From NCBI RefSeq assembly GCF_006345805.1, contig NC_042997.1, positions 181,970,001 through 182,034,000 on the forward strand: a stretch of 64,000 nucleotides of DNA, read 5' to 3'. A model generated the notes under the pieces. That model did no database searches and was not told where the DNA came from. It was given only the letters and a program-made list of their open reading frames with translations. A program made the position numbers and the translations under genes. Of this stretch, positions 1-13,214 are shown in pieces. Position 1 is the stretch's first letter. Each line of letters starts with the position of its first letter. The DNA comes from Octopus sinensis (Eukaryota).

Positions 1-147
1 ATACCATATCTAACGTTGACTGTATAATATGGAATAACGGAATATTATTGGATAACAATGTAATTGTATTCTGACAAAAGGGGAATGGGATGGAACTTAT
101 GGCAGTAAACATAAATTATACAAAACGATATAAATGCGCAAAGGATA

Positions 148-181
148 CATACATGCATGCATACATACATACATACATGCA

Positions 182-215
<34 letters not shown>

Positions 216-339
216 CATACATACATACATACATACATACATACATACATACATACATACATACATAGACAGACAGACAGACACACACACACATACATAC
301 ATACATATATACATAAATACATACATACACACATACGTG

Positions 340-418
<79 letters not shown>

Positions 419-420
419 TA
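148..420. repeat. Compound (ACAT)n/(AGAC)n/(AGAT)n microsatellite
   Basis: Direct reading; it explains the spurious ORFs at 45-767. Confidence 0.95.
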
Positions 421-690
421 GTGACGTGTGGCTTAGTGGTTAAGGTATTGCACTTGTGATCGTAAGATTGTGGTTTCGATTCCTGGACAGAGCTATGCAT
501 AATGTTCTTGTCAAAACACGTCCTTTCGCGTTGGTTCAGTCCAATCAGCTGACAAAATTGTGTAATCCTGCGACGGACCAGCGTCCTGTCCTGGGGCAGG
601 GAATTTTGCAAGCCGGCCTTATAAGCTATTGTTTCGGGAAGGACATGTAATATTTTTGATACACTATATACATAAGTATTAGTGTGAAGA
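421..690 (+). mobile_element. tRNA-derived SINE, type C, degenerate
   Basis: Pol III A-box-like TGGCTTAGTGG and B-box-like GTTTCGATTCC; related heads at about 26200, and at about 46800-46945 on the minus strand. Confidence 0.6.
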
Positions 691-853
691 TGTGTTGGAA
701 AATAAACAATGGTTAAATGTGTCAAGGCAACATTATCAGCTAAAAGCGCTCTCTGTGTTCCAAGCATATTTCACCTTACCTAAACTTTGTTTATTTGCCA
801 ATACTTATGTATTTCAACGGACCAGACGATCTTCAAGCACAAATCAGTAACTA

Positions 854-1031
854 GGTGCAGGAGTGGCTGTGTGGTAAGTAGCTTGCTTACCAACCACATG
901 GTTCCGTATTCAGTCCCACTGCGTGGCACCTTGGGCAAGTGTCTTCTATTATAGCCTCGGGCCGACCAAAGCCTTGTGACGGAAAGAAGCCCGTCGTATA
1001 TATGTATATGTATATATGTGTGTGTGTGTGT

Positions 1032-1069
<38 letters not shown>

Positions 1070-1278
1070 TGTGTGTGTCTGTGTTTGTCCTCCCAACATC
1101 ACTTGACAACCGATGCTGGGGTGTATACGTTACCCCTAACTTAGCGGTTCGGCAAAAGAGACCGATAGAATAAGTACTAGGCTTACAAAGAATAAGTCCT
1201 GCGTTCGATTTGCTCGAGTAAAGGTGGTGCTCCAGCATGGTTGAGGTCAAATAACTGAAACAAGTAAAAGAGTAAAAA
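854..1278 (+). mobile_element. tRNA-derived SINE, type A (internal microsatellite, AAAGAG tail)
   Basis: Head gcaggagtggctgtgtggtaag...ttcagtccc, central (TA)/(TG)n, tail ccagcatgg...actgaaacaagtaaaagag; more than 12 related copies in the window. Confidence 0.9.
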
Positions 1279-1567
1279 GCGAGTAGTATTTACTGATTTA
1301 TTATAAAGTTAAGGCTTTCTGTCAGCTCAGATTTACCTCTCTTTCATATCCGCTACTGAGACAGGTGAGAGTCAGAAATGTGTATCGAGTGGGTCACAGA
1401 GGACGATTTCAGCTGATAAGAGCGTCTTTACACCGTTTACAGAAAGAGAATTTTTTTCTCTCCATTGCAGTGAAATTGCTTTTAGAAATTAAGTATATCC
1501 TAAACATATTTGAACTAACCTAAAATGTGTGTGTGTGTACATATATATATATATATATATAATATAC

Positions 1568-1943
1568 ACTCTTTTACTTGTTTCAGTCATTTGACTGCGG
1601 CCATGCTGGAGCACCGCCTTTAATCGAGCAACTCGACCCCGGGACTTATTCTTTTGTAAGCCCAGTACTTATTCTATCGGTCTCTTTTGCCGAACCGTTA
1701 AGTAACGGGGACATAAACACACCAGCATCGGTTGTCAAGCAATGCTAGGGGGACAAACACACTCACACAAACACACACACGCATATATATATATATACAT
1801 ATATATGACGGGCTTCTTTCAGTTTCCGTCTACCAAATCCACTCACAAAGCTTTGGTTGGCCCGAGGCTATAGTAGAAGACACTTGAACCCGGAACCATG
1901 TGGTTGCTAAACAAGCTACTTACCACACAGCCACTCCTGCGCC
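1568..1943 (-). mobile_element. SINE type A
   Basis: Reverse complement of the type A sequence, head to tail. Confidence 0.9.
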
Positions 1944-2525
1944 TATATATATATATAGGCGATATATATATATCATAACAGCATAAATTTCACATATAGT
2001 TCATACTTTAGATTAATTCTATGTATGTGTGTGTATGTGTAGGTGGTGTATGTGTGTAAGGATGGTAAAAAGTAATAATTTCACAAACCACAATTTATTT
2101 CTACTTTACAGCTGTTTCAACGATTTTAATACAAATATCACCTTTCACATTATGACGTATTTAACACATCAACTACGAAGTTAATTTAAATGTATGAATA
2201 AATCGTTTCATTACAAGATAAAATTTATATATATATATACGTGTGTGTAGGTGTGTGTATGTATGTATGTATTATACACGTATACATACATATCTATAAC
2301 TACATACTTACGTATATACATACGTATATAAATACGCAAGTGCACTTATCTACTTATATTTTTTATCTTGTCTAGAGGGAAGGTAGCGTCCTTGATACTT
2401 TATAGGAAGTCCAAGACTGATAGGAGGAAGAGAGGAAGGGAGTGAGGAAAGCATGCAAAAACTGGAAACCTAATTCAAATGCTTACAACAGAGTGCCCCG
2501 CGCTAAAAACACCCAGATATCAGAT

Positions 2526-2913
2526 GGCAAGGCAGAATCGTTAGCACGCCGGCCGAAATGCGTAGCCGTATTTCATCTGCCGTTACGTTCTGAGTTCAAA
2601 TTCCGCCGTGGTCGATTTTGCCTTTCATCCTTCCGGGGTTGATTAAATAAGTACCAGTTACGCACTGGGGCCGATGTAATCGACTTAATCCGTTTGTCTG
2701 TCCTTGTTTGTCCCCTCTATGTTAGCCCCTTGTGGGTAATAAAGAAACAGGTATTTCTCTGCCACTACGTTCTGAGTTCAAATTCCGCCGCGGTCGACTT
2801 TGCATTTCGTCCTTTCGGGGTCGATAAATTAAGTACCATTTGCGTACTGGGGTCGATCTAATCGACTGGCCGCTTCCCCCAAAATTTCAGGCCTTCTGTC
2901 TAGAGTAGAAAAG
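2526..2913 (+). mobile_element. SINE type B (Nin-domain-like), two tandem bodies
   Basis: ggcagaatcgttagcacgccgg head; gtcgactttgcctttcatcctttcggggtcgataaattaagtacc core present twice. Confidence 0.85.
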
Positions 2914-3404
2914 GATGATAATTCAGGTAGGATATTAAGTCTGCCACTCGAGTATGCCATGACGGGATTTGAACATAGAACAAGAGACTGGATAAATACC
3001 ACAAGGCATCCAGTTGGACGTTTTCGAATTTCTACTAAGCTTCAGCCTTGGATTAGTACACTCTTCTTTTGATCAACCTCGACAAGATGAAAAGCAATAT
3101 TGACGTCGGGAGGATTTGAACACAGAGCGCAGGGAGTTGGAAGAAATATTGCATGGCTCTGCTAACTCGCTTTCAAAGCTTCGAGTAAATGAGACTATCC
3201 ATACATTTATAATACATAAACTGAAAACAAAAAGTAAGAGAGATAACTCCTGTAAAATCAATTAATTGAAATATCTTGGAACATACAAACCATGCAGTAC
3301 AGGAGTAGATCTGATCTTCTGCCAACTCATGAGCGCAATGGTTTGTTAGGTTTTGATGTCTGTCGACATCATCAGTGTAGCATATTCTACTCAATATATA
3401 TACT

Positions 3405-3572
3405 CTTTTCTACTCTACCCACAAGGCCCGAAACTTTTGGCGAGTGGGAAGGGAGCAGATTAGATCGACTCCAGTACGCAACTGGTAGTTAATTTATTGA
3501 CCCCCGAAAGGATGAAAGGCAAAGCCGGTGGAATTCGAACTCAGAACGTAAAGACAGACGAAATTCCGCTAT
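3405..3572 (-). mobile_element. SINE type B, partial
   Basis: cccccgaaaggatgaaaggcaaa core on the minus strand. Confidence 0.75.
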
Positions 3573-3625
3573 GTGTGTGAAATTCCGCTATGTGTGTGAA
3601 ATTCCGCTATGTGTGTGAAATTCCG

Positions 3626-3635
<10 letters not shown>
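3560..3635. repeat. 19-bp tandem repeat x4 (gaaattccgctatgtgtgt)
   Basis: Four exact units formed from the SINE-B/(GT)n junction. Confidence 0.9.
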
Positions 3636-3673
<38 letters not shown>

Positions 3674-3720
3674 TGTGTGTGTGTGTGCGTGTGTGCGTGT
3701 GCGTGTATGTATTATTTAAG

Positions 3721-3930
3721 GTGGTGAGCTGGGGCTGGCAGAATCGTTAGCACGCCGGGCAAAATACTTGGCATTTCATCTGTTTTAACGCTGTGAGATC
3801 AAATGCCGCCGAGGTCGACTTCGCCTCTTTTTCTTTTTTTTTTTTTTTTTTTCATAGTCGATAAAATAAGTACCGGCTGAGCACTAGGATCAATATAATC
3901 GACTTACACCTTCCTCGAAATTGCTGGCCT
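3721..3930 (+). mobile_element. SINE type B, degenerate
   Basis: ggtgagctg...ggcagaatcgttagcacgccggg head and gaggtcgacttcgcc core. Confidence 0.75.
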
Positions 3931-4371
3931 TGGTTTGCATCATTGTTTTAAAGAAATTATATCAACACCTATACCTGGCATTTTCAGTTCTTTGTTTTAG
4001 TGGCTCATCAATGTTCCTATCAATAGGTAACTCATTGAATTAAATGTATGTGTGTGTGTTTCCATATACATACATACATACGCATGAGTGTGTATGTGTG
4101 TGTGTAGTCCGTGACTGATAGGAAGGAAGTAAAAGCAAGAAGAGAGGAAGGGAGTAAAAACATCTAAGAGTCTTAAAACTTGGCGGTAATATGTACTACA
4201 CAAAGTTCTCTGAATGTTCAAACACTGAATGCATGTTGCTGCTGGTCTCATTCGGTGGTACATCATTTTTAAGGAAATACTAAAAGAAGCGTTGACAATT
4301 GCCAAACATCTCTGATCATTCGTTTAAGCGGTAATTGCTTGGAATAGTATACTTTTTCATTAAGCATAGTT

Positions 4372-4790
4372 AGATCTTTTCGGTTTGGACGGCAGTTTTT
4401 AACATAATTTCTAGGTAACTAAAAGATTTTAAACTCCGTATACTGATAGAATGTGTTTATAAAACATCTTTTTCTCTTGGCTTTATTGAGAAAATTCTAT
4501 AGTTTGTAAGATATTTGTTGTTTTTTCTGCAATTTCTGCAATTTCAACCAATCAATGACGTCTATTGAGGTAAAAAAAAACATTCTGTGCCGTATGAATA
4601 TGTCCCTCGTTTAAGAAACAGATTGGGTTTATTTACACTTGTGAAGAAAAAATTATACCCTTCCCCCCCACTCCTAACCCTAACCCTAAAACAGATTGAA
4701 ATGCAATAGATCGATACTAGGGTCATAATTATGGGTGACAATTTCATATGACACAGCTAGAAAAAACTGCCGTTCAAACCGAAAAGATCC
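4372..4790 (+). mobile_element. Non-autonomous DNA transposon (MITE), about 28-bp TIRs, 8-bp TSD, internal (CCCTAA)n
   Basis: TIRs gatcttttcggtttggacggcagttttt / aaaaactgccgttcaaaccgaaaagatcc; TSD gcatagtt at 4364-4371 and 4791-4798. Confidence 0.9.
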
Positions 4791-5279
4791 GCATAGTTTA
4801 CTGGGAAAATGTAAACAAAAATAGCCAGGTGGCGTGGCCGAGAATTGACCACTGAATTTCAAATGGTGCTGATTCTTGTTTCACTTAAAAACCTAATGTG
4901 AATTCTAATCTGTCCGAAATATGTCCATTGCTTTCACCGGTTCACTAAAAACCTGATCTCCCACACTACATTCTCTATGTTTTCTGAAAATGTCAAATTA
5001 ACCGATTTTATTGATATTATTTCCCTTGTTTGTCGCTATTAGATTATAAACAAACCCAAAAGGAGATTTTGTCTACTGATTGCATAAAAATATTAATTAA
5101 TCTAAGTTTAACTGTACTTGTATTTAGAGCAAAGAAGATTCTCTTCAGATATTTTCTTCTGGCCATATATTTTATTTCTATAATCAGCGTCACAGCATTC
5201 CTCCATTTTCCATATATATTTGATCATTCTCAGTATGGCCAACTGAATTGGGTACTCTTCAAAAAAGACCAAAACATAT

Positions 5280-6408
5280 CCATTGCTTTCGACATTTGGC
5301 TGAACAAACAGATCCACTCCTGCTTTGCAATTATATTTTCCATATGTTGAGCTGCATTGTTTGTGATTAACAGGCGGCTTCTGATTGCCGTGACGTCCTT
5401 ATACAAATGCTCAGATGTTTGTGTTGCTGTAGATGGTGCCAAGTCGAAATCTTTCAACGTAGATGTTGAATTTTTACCGGGGTGGATTTTGTCACCTCTC
5501 CTTATAATTTTTATGAACTGGATTAACACACGCAACAGTTGTGGAGGCGATATCACCATCGGTAGGAGCAGAAGCAGTCGGCTGATATTTGTAGATGAAT
5601 GGTGCTACTTAGATTCATTAGAAGATGGTCTTCAGCATGTACAGAATGGGTTCGCTGCCGAGTGCTGCAAGCCAGAAATGAGAATTAATATTGCGAATAT
5701 TAAGACATTGGTCTTCTCGAAGAAATGCAAGTGGAACGTCTCTGAGATAAGTGAAGACGTTTAAGTACTTCAGGGCCGTATTGACGAGTGAAGGTAAACA
5801 GGGGGCTGGGTTGGATGCTAGAATTGCAGGTGCTGGTATAGTTATGCGTCAGCTCCAGCATTCGATCCTCAGAAGAGGAGACGTTGGTAAAGGAAAAATC
5901 AAACTTGTCATCTACATTTCGGTTTCCGTGCCTATCTTCACTTATGGTCATAAATACTGAATAACGACTGAAAATGTACGATCGCTAACACAAGCGGCCG
6001 AAGTGGGGTTTCTACAAAATGTCTCTAGAGTAACGTTTCATGACAGAATGCATAACTCGGAAATCAAGAAGTTTCATCAGGTCGAACCGCAACTTCTCCA
6101 CATTGAGAAGCCATAGCTCCGGTACCACGGACATGTGAGCAGAATGTTGCAGGAAAGAATCGCAAAATGGGCTTTTCAAACTGACCAGGAAGGAGATTTG
6201 GATTTAGAGCAAAAAGAAGATTTGTGTTTAGAGCAAGAACGAGATGGCTAGGTATTATCCATAGTCTTAGTTGGTCATGCTTTGGATCCAACCGAGAAGT
6301 GTAAAGACAGTTGCTTTTGATAGGACCTTATGGAGGAGGTGCCTGAATACTCTACCTTCACGATTCTTTCAAGAAAAGTGGACAGAGAAAATGGGTAGAT
6401 GAATGGAT
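5280..6408 (+). pseudogene. Degraded RTE-clade LINE, RT 3' half (Rex3/Expander-like)
   Basis: LLIAVTSLY...ILSPLLIIFMNWI, FKYFRAVLTSEG, IFTYGH motifs with stops and frameshifts; gaaaatggg...atggat-type end. Confidence 0.8.
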
Positions 6409-7060
6409 AGTTTCCAAAGAACTTCAGTTACTTGATTTTATTAAAATTATTTCCCTTGTTGTTTTTACATTATAATCGAACTTAAAAGGAGATTATGTGT
6501 ACAAATTACGAATTTTTTTGTTGTTTATATTTATAACCAAATAAACAACGGTTTGCGTAATATACCCCACTCCCCAGAAATCATAAGTGTTAGAAAAGAA
6601 AACAGCCTACAGTACACTCAGTGAAAAACATTACAATAGTGCAAGTACAACTTTACTTGGAACTTCTAATACAAAAAAAAATCTAACTTACTAAGAAGAA
6701 CGAAATGTAAGACGCCCTAACAATGTACCCTTGCTCTCAAAGAAAAAGAAACTGATCTCAAATCCAACAGGAATACTCTATGACATAGGAACCTGAAAGA
6801 ATTCGAAATGGATTTTATTAAAGTTACAAAAATATAAGATGTAAAAATTGCACTAACGCATTTCAAAATTCACAAAGCAAACATTCATCAATTCTTCATA
6901 AATACAAGCAGTATACCTATGCAAACTTATTATATCGAAATAAATAGGAAGGAACATTTTCCAAAGATTGCTATTAAGCAATATAGTGAGAATATACACC
7001 CAAAAAATACATACGATATAATCAACGACGAAGCGAAAACCCTAATGACATTTAAATATA

Positions 7061-7499
7061 TATTTCTTTACTACCCACAAGGGGTTAAACACAGAGAGGG
7101 ACACACAAGGACAGACAAAGGAATTAAGTCGATTACATCGACACCAGTGCGAAACAGGTACTTTATTTATCGACCCCGAAAGGATGAAAGGCAAAGCCGA
7201 CCTCGGCGAAATTTGAACTCAGAACGTAACGGCAGACGAAATACCTATTTCTTTATTACCCACAAGGGGCTAAACACAGAGGGGGACAAACAAGGACAGA
7301 CATAGGTATTAAGTTGATTACATCGACCCCAGTGCGTAACTGGTACTTAATTTATCGACCTCGAAAGGATGAAAGGCAAAGTCGACCTCGGCGGAATTTG
7401 AACACACAACGTAACGGCAGACAAAATACCGCTAGGCATTTCGTCCGGCGTGCTAACGTTTCTGCCAGCTCACCGCCTTATCTGCCAGCTCGCCGCCTT
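7061..7499 (-). mobile_element. SINE type B dimer with 16-bp TSD
   Basis: Two tandem bodies, one head with a 20-bp duplication; TSD atgacatttaaatata at 7045-7060 and 7500-7515. Confidence 0.9.
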
Positions 7500-7599
7500 A
7501 TGACATTTAAATATAGTAAATCGAATAAATAAAGAAATATATAGTAAATCGAATAGAACGCTTCAATCTACGCAGATCTTACTTAAATTTTAAAGACCA

Positions 7600-8030
7600 T
7601 AAGGACGATTCCACTATTTTCCATACTGGCATGGGTTCGACGTATTCTCTTTCACAACATTTCGTCTTTTGTTGCTATCTTTCCTCTCCTACGTAATGCT
7701 CAACATCTTAATATCAACATCCAACCACTTCTTTCTTGTCTTCTTCGTTCTTCCTTCTTTACCCGACTGTCATAGGCCCATTCCCTTTATATATCCAAAC
7801 CAGTGCAGTCTTCTCTGCAGTACGTTACTTCTAATTCCTTTTACGTCCGGTTCATATCTCTCTAACAATTCACATCCAGTGGCGCATATTCCTTTCTTCC
7901 TTACTTTCGCATTCAGTGCCCAAGCACCATCACACTTCGTCCGCAAAACCTCACATAATCTGCCTTCTGATGAAAGCGCTATCTCATCATTTTCATACAC
8001 TCTTACACCGACTACTATGCTTTCGTGATA
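7600..8030 (-). pseudogene. RTE LINE RT C-terminal fragment
   Basis: ORF 7770-8066 contains VKGIRSNVLQRRLHWFGYI, the RRLRWFGHV-like motif. Confidence 0.7.
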
Positions 8031-8644
8031 CCTGGCCTTCTTTAGTGATGAGGTCTCGTAGATCATCAGTCACCAACCTATTTTACTTCAAGGACTAGTT
8101 TCATGTAAGGCAATTTTCTTATGGATTGGGGTGGGGTGGTGTGGATGTTAGTATAGCGTGACTAAGTTTTCACCCAAAGAAAACTGTAACGTACTTAGAA
8201 AAATCAAATTGTGCAAAATTTTACGCAATAAATTGTTTATGAGTAAACACCAGAAAACATGCGATTTTTCTAGAAAGCAAAAAGAAAAAAAAAGAAAGAA
8301 AATGGAATTTGTTTCTCTAATTATTGCTAAGTTGGTTTGTGGGCTTGATTTATCGGTGCATGAAAAAAACCTGTGACAAGTGCGTGAAAGTGACAAAGAC
8401 GGAAGGGGTAATTTTTCAGTTAGAAAACACCCAGCAGGCTGCGATCGTCAATAAATTAGAAATGAAGTTTAAAGATTTATTCTTTTTCTGCGCCCTGGTA
8501 TTAAATGATTCCCGGCTCAGAACTGGTCTGCAGCCCGGTGGCTGGAAACCCTGACGTAAGTAACAAAAGCTCTCAACTACTTCTTGATAGTTTTTGAAAT
8601 ATTTGAAATAATTATTTCACGAGTTCTCTTACAGATAACTACTC

Positions 8645-9054
8645 GGATCTTTTCGGTTTGAATGGCAGTTTTTTCTATCGGTGTCATATGAAATTGTCAC
8701 CCATAATTATGACCCTAGTATCGATCTATTGCATTTCAATCTGTTTTAGGGTTAGGGGTGGGGGAAGGGTATCTTTTTTTCTTCACAAATGTAAATAAGC
8801 CCAATCTGTTTCTTAAACGAAGGACATATTTATACGGCACAGAATGTTTTCACCTCAATAGACGTCATTGATTGGTTGAAATTGTAGAAATTGAAGAAAA
8901 AAAACAACAAATATCTTACAAAGTATAGAATTTTCTCAATAAAGCCAAGAGAAAAAGATGTTTTATAAACACATTCTACCAGTATACGAAGTTTAAAAGT
9001 GTTTAGTTACGTGGAAATTATTTTAAAAAACTGCCGTTCAAACCGAAAATGTCC
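8645..9054 (-). mobile_element. MITE, same family as 4372-4790
   Basis: Same TIRs; TSD aactactc at 8637-8644 and 9055-9062; internal ttagggttagggg. Confidence 0.9.
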
Positions 9055-9659
9055 AACTACTCCCGTAAATATCCTCCAAATGAAGTCTTTCTTCTCTGTT
9101 AACCTGCCTGGGATCCTACTGCATCTCTCGTGCACTAATAGTTTAGATTTCGTTCAAAGTACTGAGTTCTTACATTTTCCAGTTCTGTGTATTGAGCGTT
9201 ATCTGTTACTTTCGTGGTAACTTCTGGGTCGATTTCATTTCATCTAGTCCTGAAGCATGTCGTATTTTTTAACACAGTATGTATTTAAAGGGATCTTTTT
9301 CTCAGAATACCGCTGCAGTTTCTGACTTTTTCAGTGATATGACATACGTTAAATATGTTATATAGAGCATCCTTTCTCTCATATGCAAAAGGCCTATAAT
9401 TTCAACATTTCCCGAAAGGATGAAAGGCAAAATTGACCTCGGCGGAATTTGAACCCACCTCACATACCACTATATGAACAGCCACACGTTAGATGCACAC
9501 ACTTACACACACACACACACATTCACAAACGTCAGAGTCACTAGCCCCTATTCACACGCACACAATTCTCACATACACACATACGCACGCGCACCTTCAT
9601 TTGGGATTACCAGTATTTTATTATCTCCTTTTTTTCAACCTTTTCTTTCAAGTTTTTTT

Positions 9660-9868
9660 GCTAAGCTTTCGCTACGCTTGACAGCTAAATCTACAGGGTT
9701 TTTTTTTTAATTTCATTCTGCTTCTATTTATTTTCTCTTAATCCTTTCTGTTGAAGAGCGTAGGCTCGAAACGTAAAAGACTTTTTTCATTTTCCCGAGT
9801 GTCAATCTAATACACCTGCTTGTTGTTCATACACCTGTCTTCGTCCTTTTTTTCTATTAATTTCAACT
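9660..9868 (+). mobile_element. Solo PLE-type terminal repeat
   Basis: Shares the hammerhead motif and downstream TTCCYGAGYGYC...TAATAC block with the 3' end of the PLE at 51415-51700; ends in TA. Confidence 0.65.
9743..9780 (+). ncRNA. Minimal type-I hammerhead-like motif (A6U variant)
   Basis: ccttt CTGTTGA a GAG cgtagg CTC GAAACGT A aaaga: stem I, stem II and zero-loop ACGT stem III. Confidence 0.6.
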
Positions 9869-10299
9869 ATATGTGTGTGTGTGTGCGCGCGCGCGCACGT
9901 GTGTGTTTGTGTGTGTACAAGTTCTTAAGCGAGCGACACCCTAAATAAATACATATATGTACATCTGTTTTCAGAGAAACAGAGGCTGAACGATAGAAGG
10001 AGAGAGTGATATTAAGGAAGAGTTTGGCATAAAATCTGAGTAGCAGAGAGAAGAAAAGTGCATGAGAAGAAGGGGGAGACAGAAAGAATATAAGACTGGA
10101 CAAGGTGAGAGAGAGAGAGAAAGATGGGGAGAGAGGAGAACAACTGTGTGTATGGGTACAAAGGAAAAATATTGATGGAAAAAAAAGTCAGTGGGGGGAA
10201 AAGGAAGATGCAGAGAGTGAATAAGAGAGAAAAAGTGAGCAAAAGGATTTGCAAAAAAGAAACAGAGAAAATAAGAGATCACATGATCGAAATAGAGAG

Positions 10300-10333
<34 letters not shown>

Positions 10334-10449
10334 CATATTGAGACAGTGAGAACAATAATGAGAGAGTGAAAAAGCACATGATCTCAAATCAAAGCACTTG
10401 CTATGCAAATACATATCCATAATAGATAGATAGACAGACAGACACACAA

Positions 10450-10507
<58 letters not shown>

Positions 10508-10960
10508 GTGTTTCTTTATTAGCCACACAGGGCTGCACACAGATGGGACAAATTACAAGGTAGAGCTTTTCTTTTTGGGGGATAAAAAAAAAGGGGGTTT
10601 GGTTTTCGATCAAAAAGGATCGTAAAAGGAAAGAAAGAGGAAAGCAAAAAAAAAAAAAAAGGGGGTGTGCTAACGTTTCTGCCAGCTCAGCACCTTACTA
10701 GTTTCAGTCATTCCCATTATTAGTTTCAGTCATTTGACTGTGGCCATGTTGGAGCACCACCTTAAGGAGTTTTAGTCTAACAAATTAACCCCTGGACTTA
10801 TTCTTCATAAGCCTAGTACTTATTCTGTTGGTCTCTTTTGCCGAACTTCTAAATTACGGGAACACTACACACCAACATTAGTCGTCAAGCAATGGTGGGA
10901 GAACAAATACAGACACAAACACACAAATATATACATATATATATACATACATACATATAT

Positions 10961-11030
<70 letters not shown>

Positions 11031-11459
11031 CATCCTTTCTGTCTTGGGACACAATGGAGTTGAGCATTTAAAAAAAAATTTTTTTTTGTAGTCTAGTCCG
11101 GCTTTTATATTTCATGTCCTGATACATTTCCTGCTGTGGCTGTGTAGTCCTATCCTGGACAAACACTCCCTCTGGCAGGTACCGCAAATGTAGCGAAGAC
11201 TGTTCCTGGCTGGTTGTAGTGCCATAGTCTCTTGTTTACGTCTCTTCCTTTCTTTCCATTTCTCCTCTCTCTCTCTGTCACTCTTGATATATATATGACA
11301 GGCGTCTTTCAGTTTCCGTCAACCAAATCCACTCACAAGGCTTTGGTCAGCCTGAAGCCATAGTAGAAGACAAGTGCCCAAAGTGCCATGCAGTGGGACT
11401 GAACCTTGAACCGTGTGGTTGGGAAGCAAGCTTCTTACTACACAGCCACACCTGCACTT

Positions 11460-11490
<31 letters not shown>

Positions 11491-11775
11491 CTATATATAT
11501 ATATATATAAAAATATCATCATCATCATCTCCATTTAATGTCTATTTTCCATGCTGGCATGGGTTGGACGGTTTGATAGGAGCTGGTCAGCTGGGGAGCT
11601 GGTCAGCTGGGGAGCTGGTCAGCTGGGGAGCTGGCCAGACTCCAAATTGTCTATTGTGAAATGGTTTCTACAGCTGAACACCCTTTTTGATACCACTGTG
11701 TATGTCTGCATGGATGTGAGTGTGTATAATTAAATAAATGACAAAAGGACAAAAAATTATACAGTGAACTTCATT

Positions 11776-12133
11776 AGCTTACAGCCATTTCTGCTATCAG
11801 ATGCAGCATACACAGAGCTGAGTGCTTGTGCATCACCTTATAGCTTCCTCAGAACATCAAAAATGAAATGCAAGTTTATTTGGGATAGCAAAAAATACAT
11901 TCTACATTGTATAATGAAAACCACTCTCAGAAATATGCAAATTTACATAATTTGGTGCTTATATTTATTATGTAATACTTTTATTTTTTTGGATGATGAA
12001 TTTTTCCATATTTGTAAATGCTTGCCCAAATAAACTAACACTTCATTTTTGAAGTTCCAAGAAAGCTATAAGATGATGCACAATTGCTCAGCTTTGAGTA
12101 TTCGGCATCTGATAGCAGAAACAGCTGCAAGCT
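11776..12133. repeat. Diverged inverted repeat, about 110-bp arms, each with a hammerhead-like relic
   Basis: Arms 11776-11885 and 12025-12133 share agctataag(g/a)tgatgcacaa...gcatctgatagcagaaa. Confidence 0.7.
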
Positions 12134-12136
12134 GTA

Positions 12137-12472
12137 GGCATAGGAGTGACTGTGTGGTAAGTAGCTTGCTTATGAACCACATGGTTCCGGGTTCTGTCCC
12201 ACTGCATGGCACTTTGGGCAAATGTTTTCTACTATAGTCTCAGACCGACCAAAGCTTTGTGAGTGGATTTGGTAGACGGAAATTGAAAGAAGTCCATCGT
12301 ATATATGTATATGTATGTATATATAATATATATATATCTATATATATATATATATATAGATGTATATATATATATATATATGTGTAATATATATATATAT
12401 ATATGTATATATATTATATATATATGTTATATATATATATAATATATATATGTATGTATGTATATATGTATG

Positions 12473-12506
<34 letters not shown>

Positions 12507-12780
12507 TGTATGTATGTATGTATGTATGTATGTATGTGTGTGTATATGTTTGTGTGTCTGTGTTTATCCCATCCACACAACATCGCTTGACAACCGATGC
12601 TGGTGTGTTTATGTCCCCGTAACTTAGTGGTTTGGCAAAAGAGACCGATAGAATAAGTACTAGGCTTACAAAGAATAAGTCCTGAGGTCGATTCGCTCGA
12701 CTAAAGGTGGTACTCCAGCATGGCCACAGTCAAATGACTGAAACAAGAAAAAGAGTAAAAGAGTAAAATAGAGTAAAAAA
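12137..12780 (+). mobile_element. SINE type A with expanded internal (TA)/(TATG)n
   Basis: Head, about 250-bp microsatellite and tail all present. Confidence 0.9.
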
Positions 12781-13214
12781 AAATTTGTCACATAATTTCT
12801 TGATCCTTTGTCATTTATTTAATTTCATATCATGCTCTATACTCAATTTATGTGTTAGTCTGAAGTATATGTATATTGAGTTATTATTATTGATACGCCT
12901 AACTGAATTATACATACATACACACACGCACACACATATATGCATGTATGTATATTTATATGCATATATATATTTGTGTGGGTATGTATTTACCTGTGTG
13001 TGTGTGTGTGTATGCATATGTACATTCAGAAAGAAAAGAGTAAGATTTGGAAATAAGACAAACACTGTAAGAGAAAAATAGACATCCATTACCATGTGAT
13101 TAGAAAGCTTACTTAGAAACCATATGAGTAGCACTTTAGGCAAGTTTCCTCTGCCATAACCTTAGTCAAAAACTAAGATCTTATGAGTGAAATGTGGTAG
13201 AAGGAACTGATATT

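Noticed and set aside
45-767. 240-aa ORF and many similar YIYI/CVCV/SLSL/THTH ORFs across the window
   Set aside because: Translations of microsatellites and purine tracts; no domain content.
780-1250. Recurrent peptide RLWSARGYSRRHLPKVPRSGTEPGTMWLVSKLLTT in several ORFs
   Set aside because: Antisense reading of SINE type A, not a gene family.
2100-2180. gaaacagctgta half-site on the minus strand
   Set aside because: No recognisable CUGANGA or stem I partner upstream; at most a decayed relic.
3335-3385. CTGATGA followed by a TGTC/GACA hairpin on the minus strand
   Set aside because: No GAAA at the right place and no stem I or stem III.
5007-6510. Similar blocks of about 75 bp at 5007-5085 and 6437-6510 flanking the RTE relic
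   Set aside because: Too long and diverged for a TSD; probably pieces of an older repeat.
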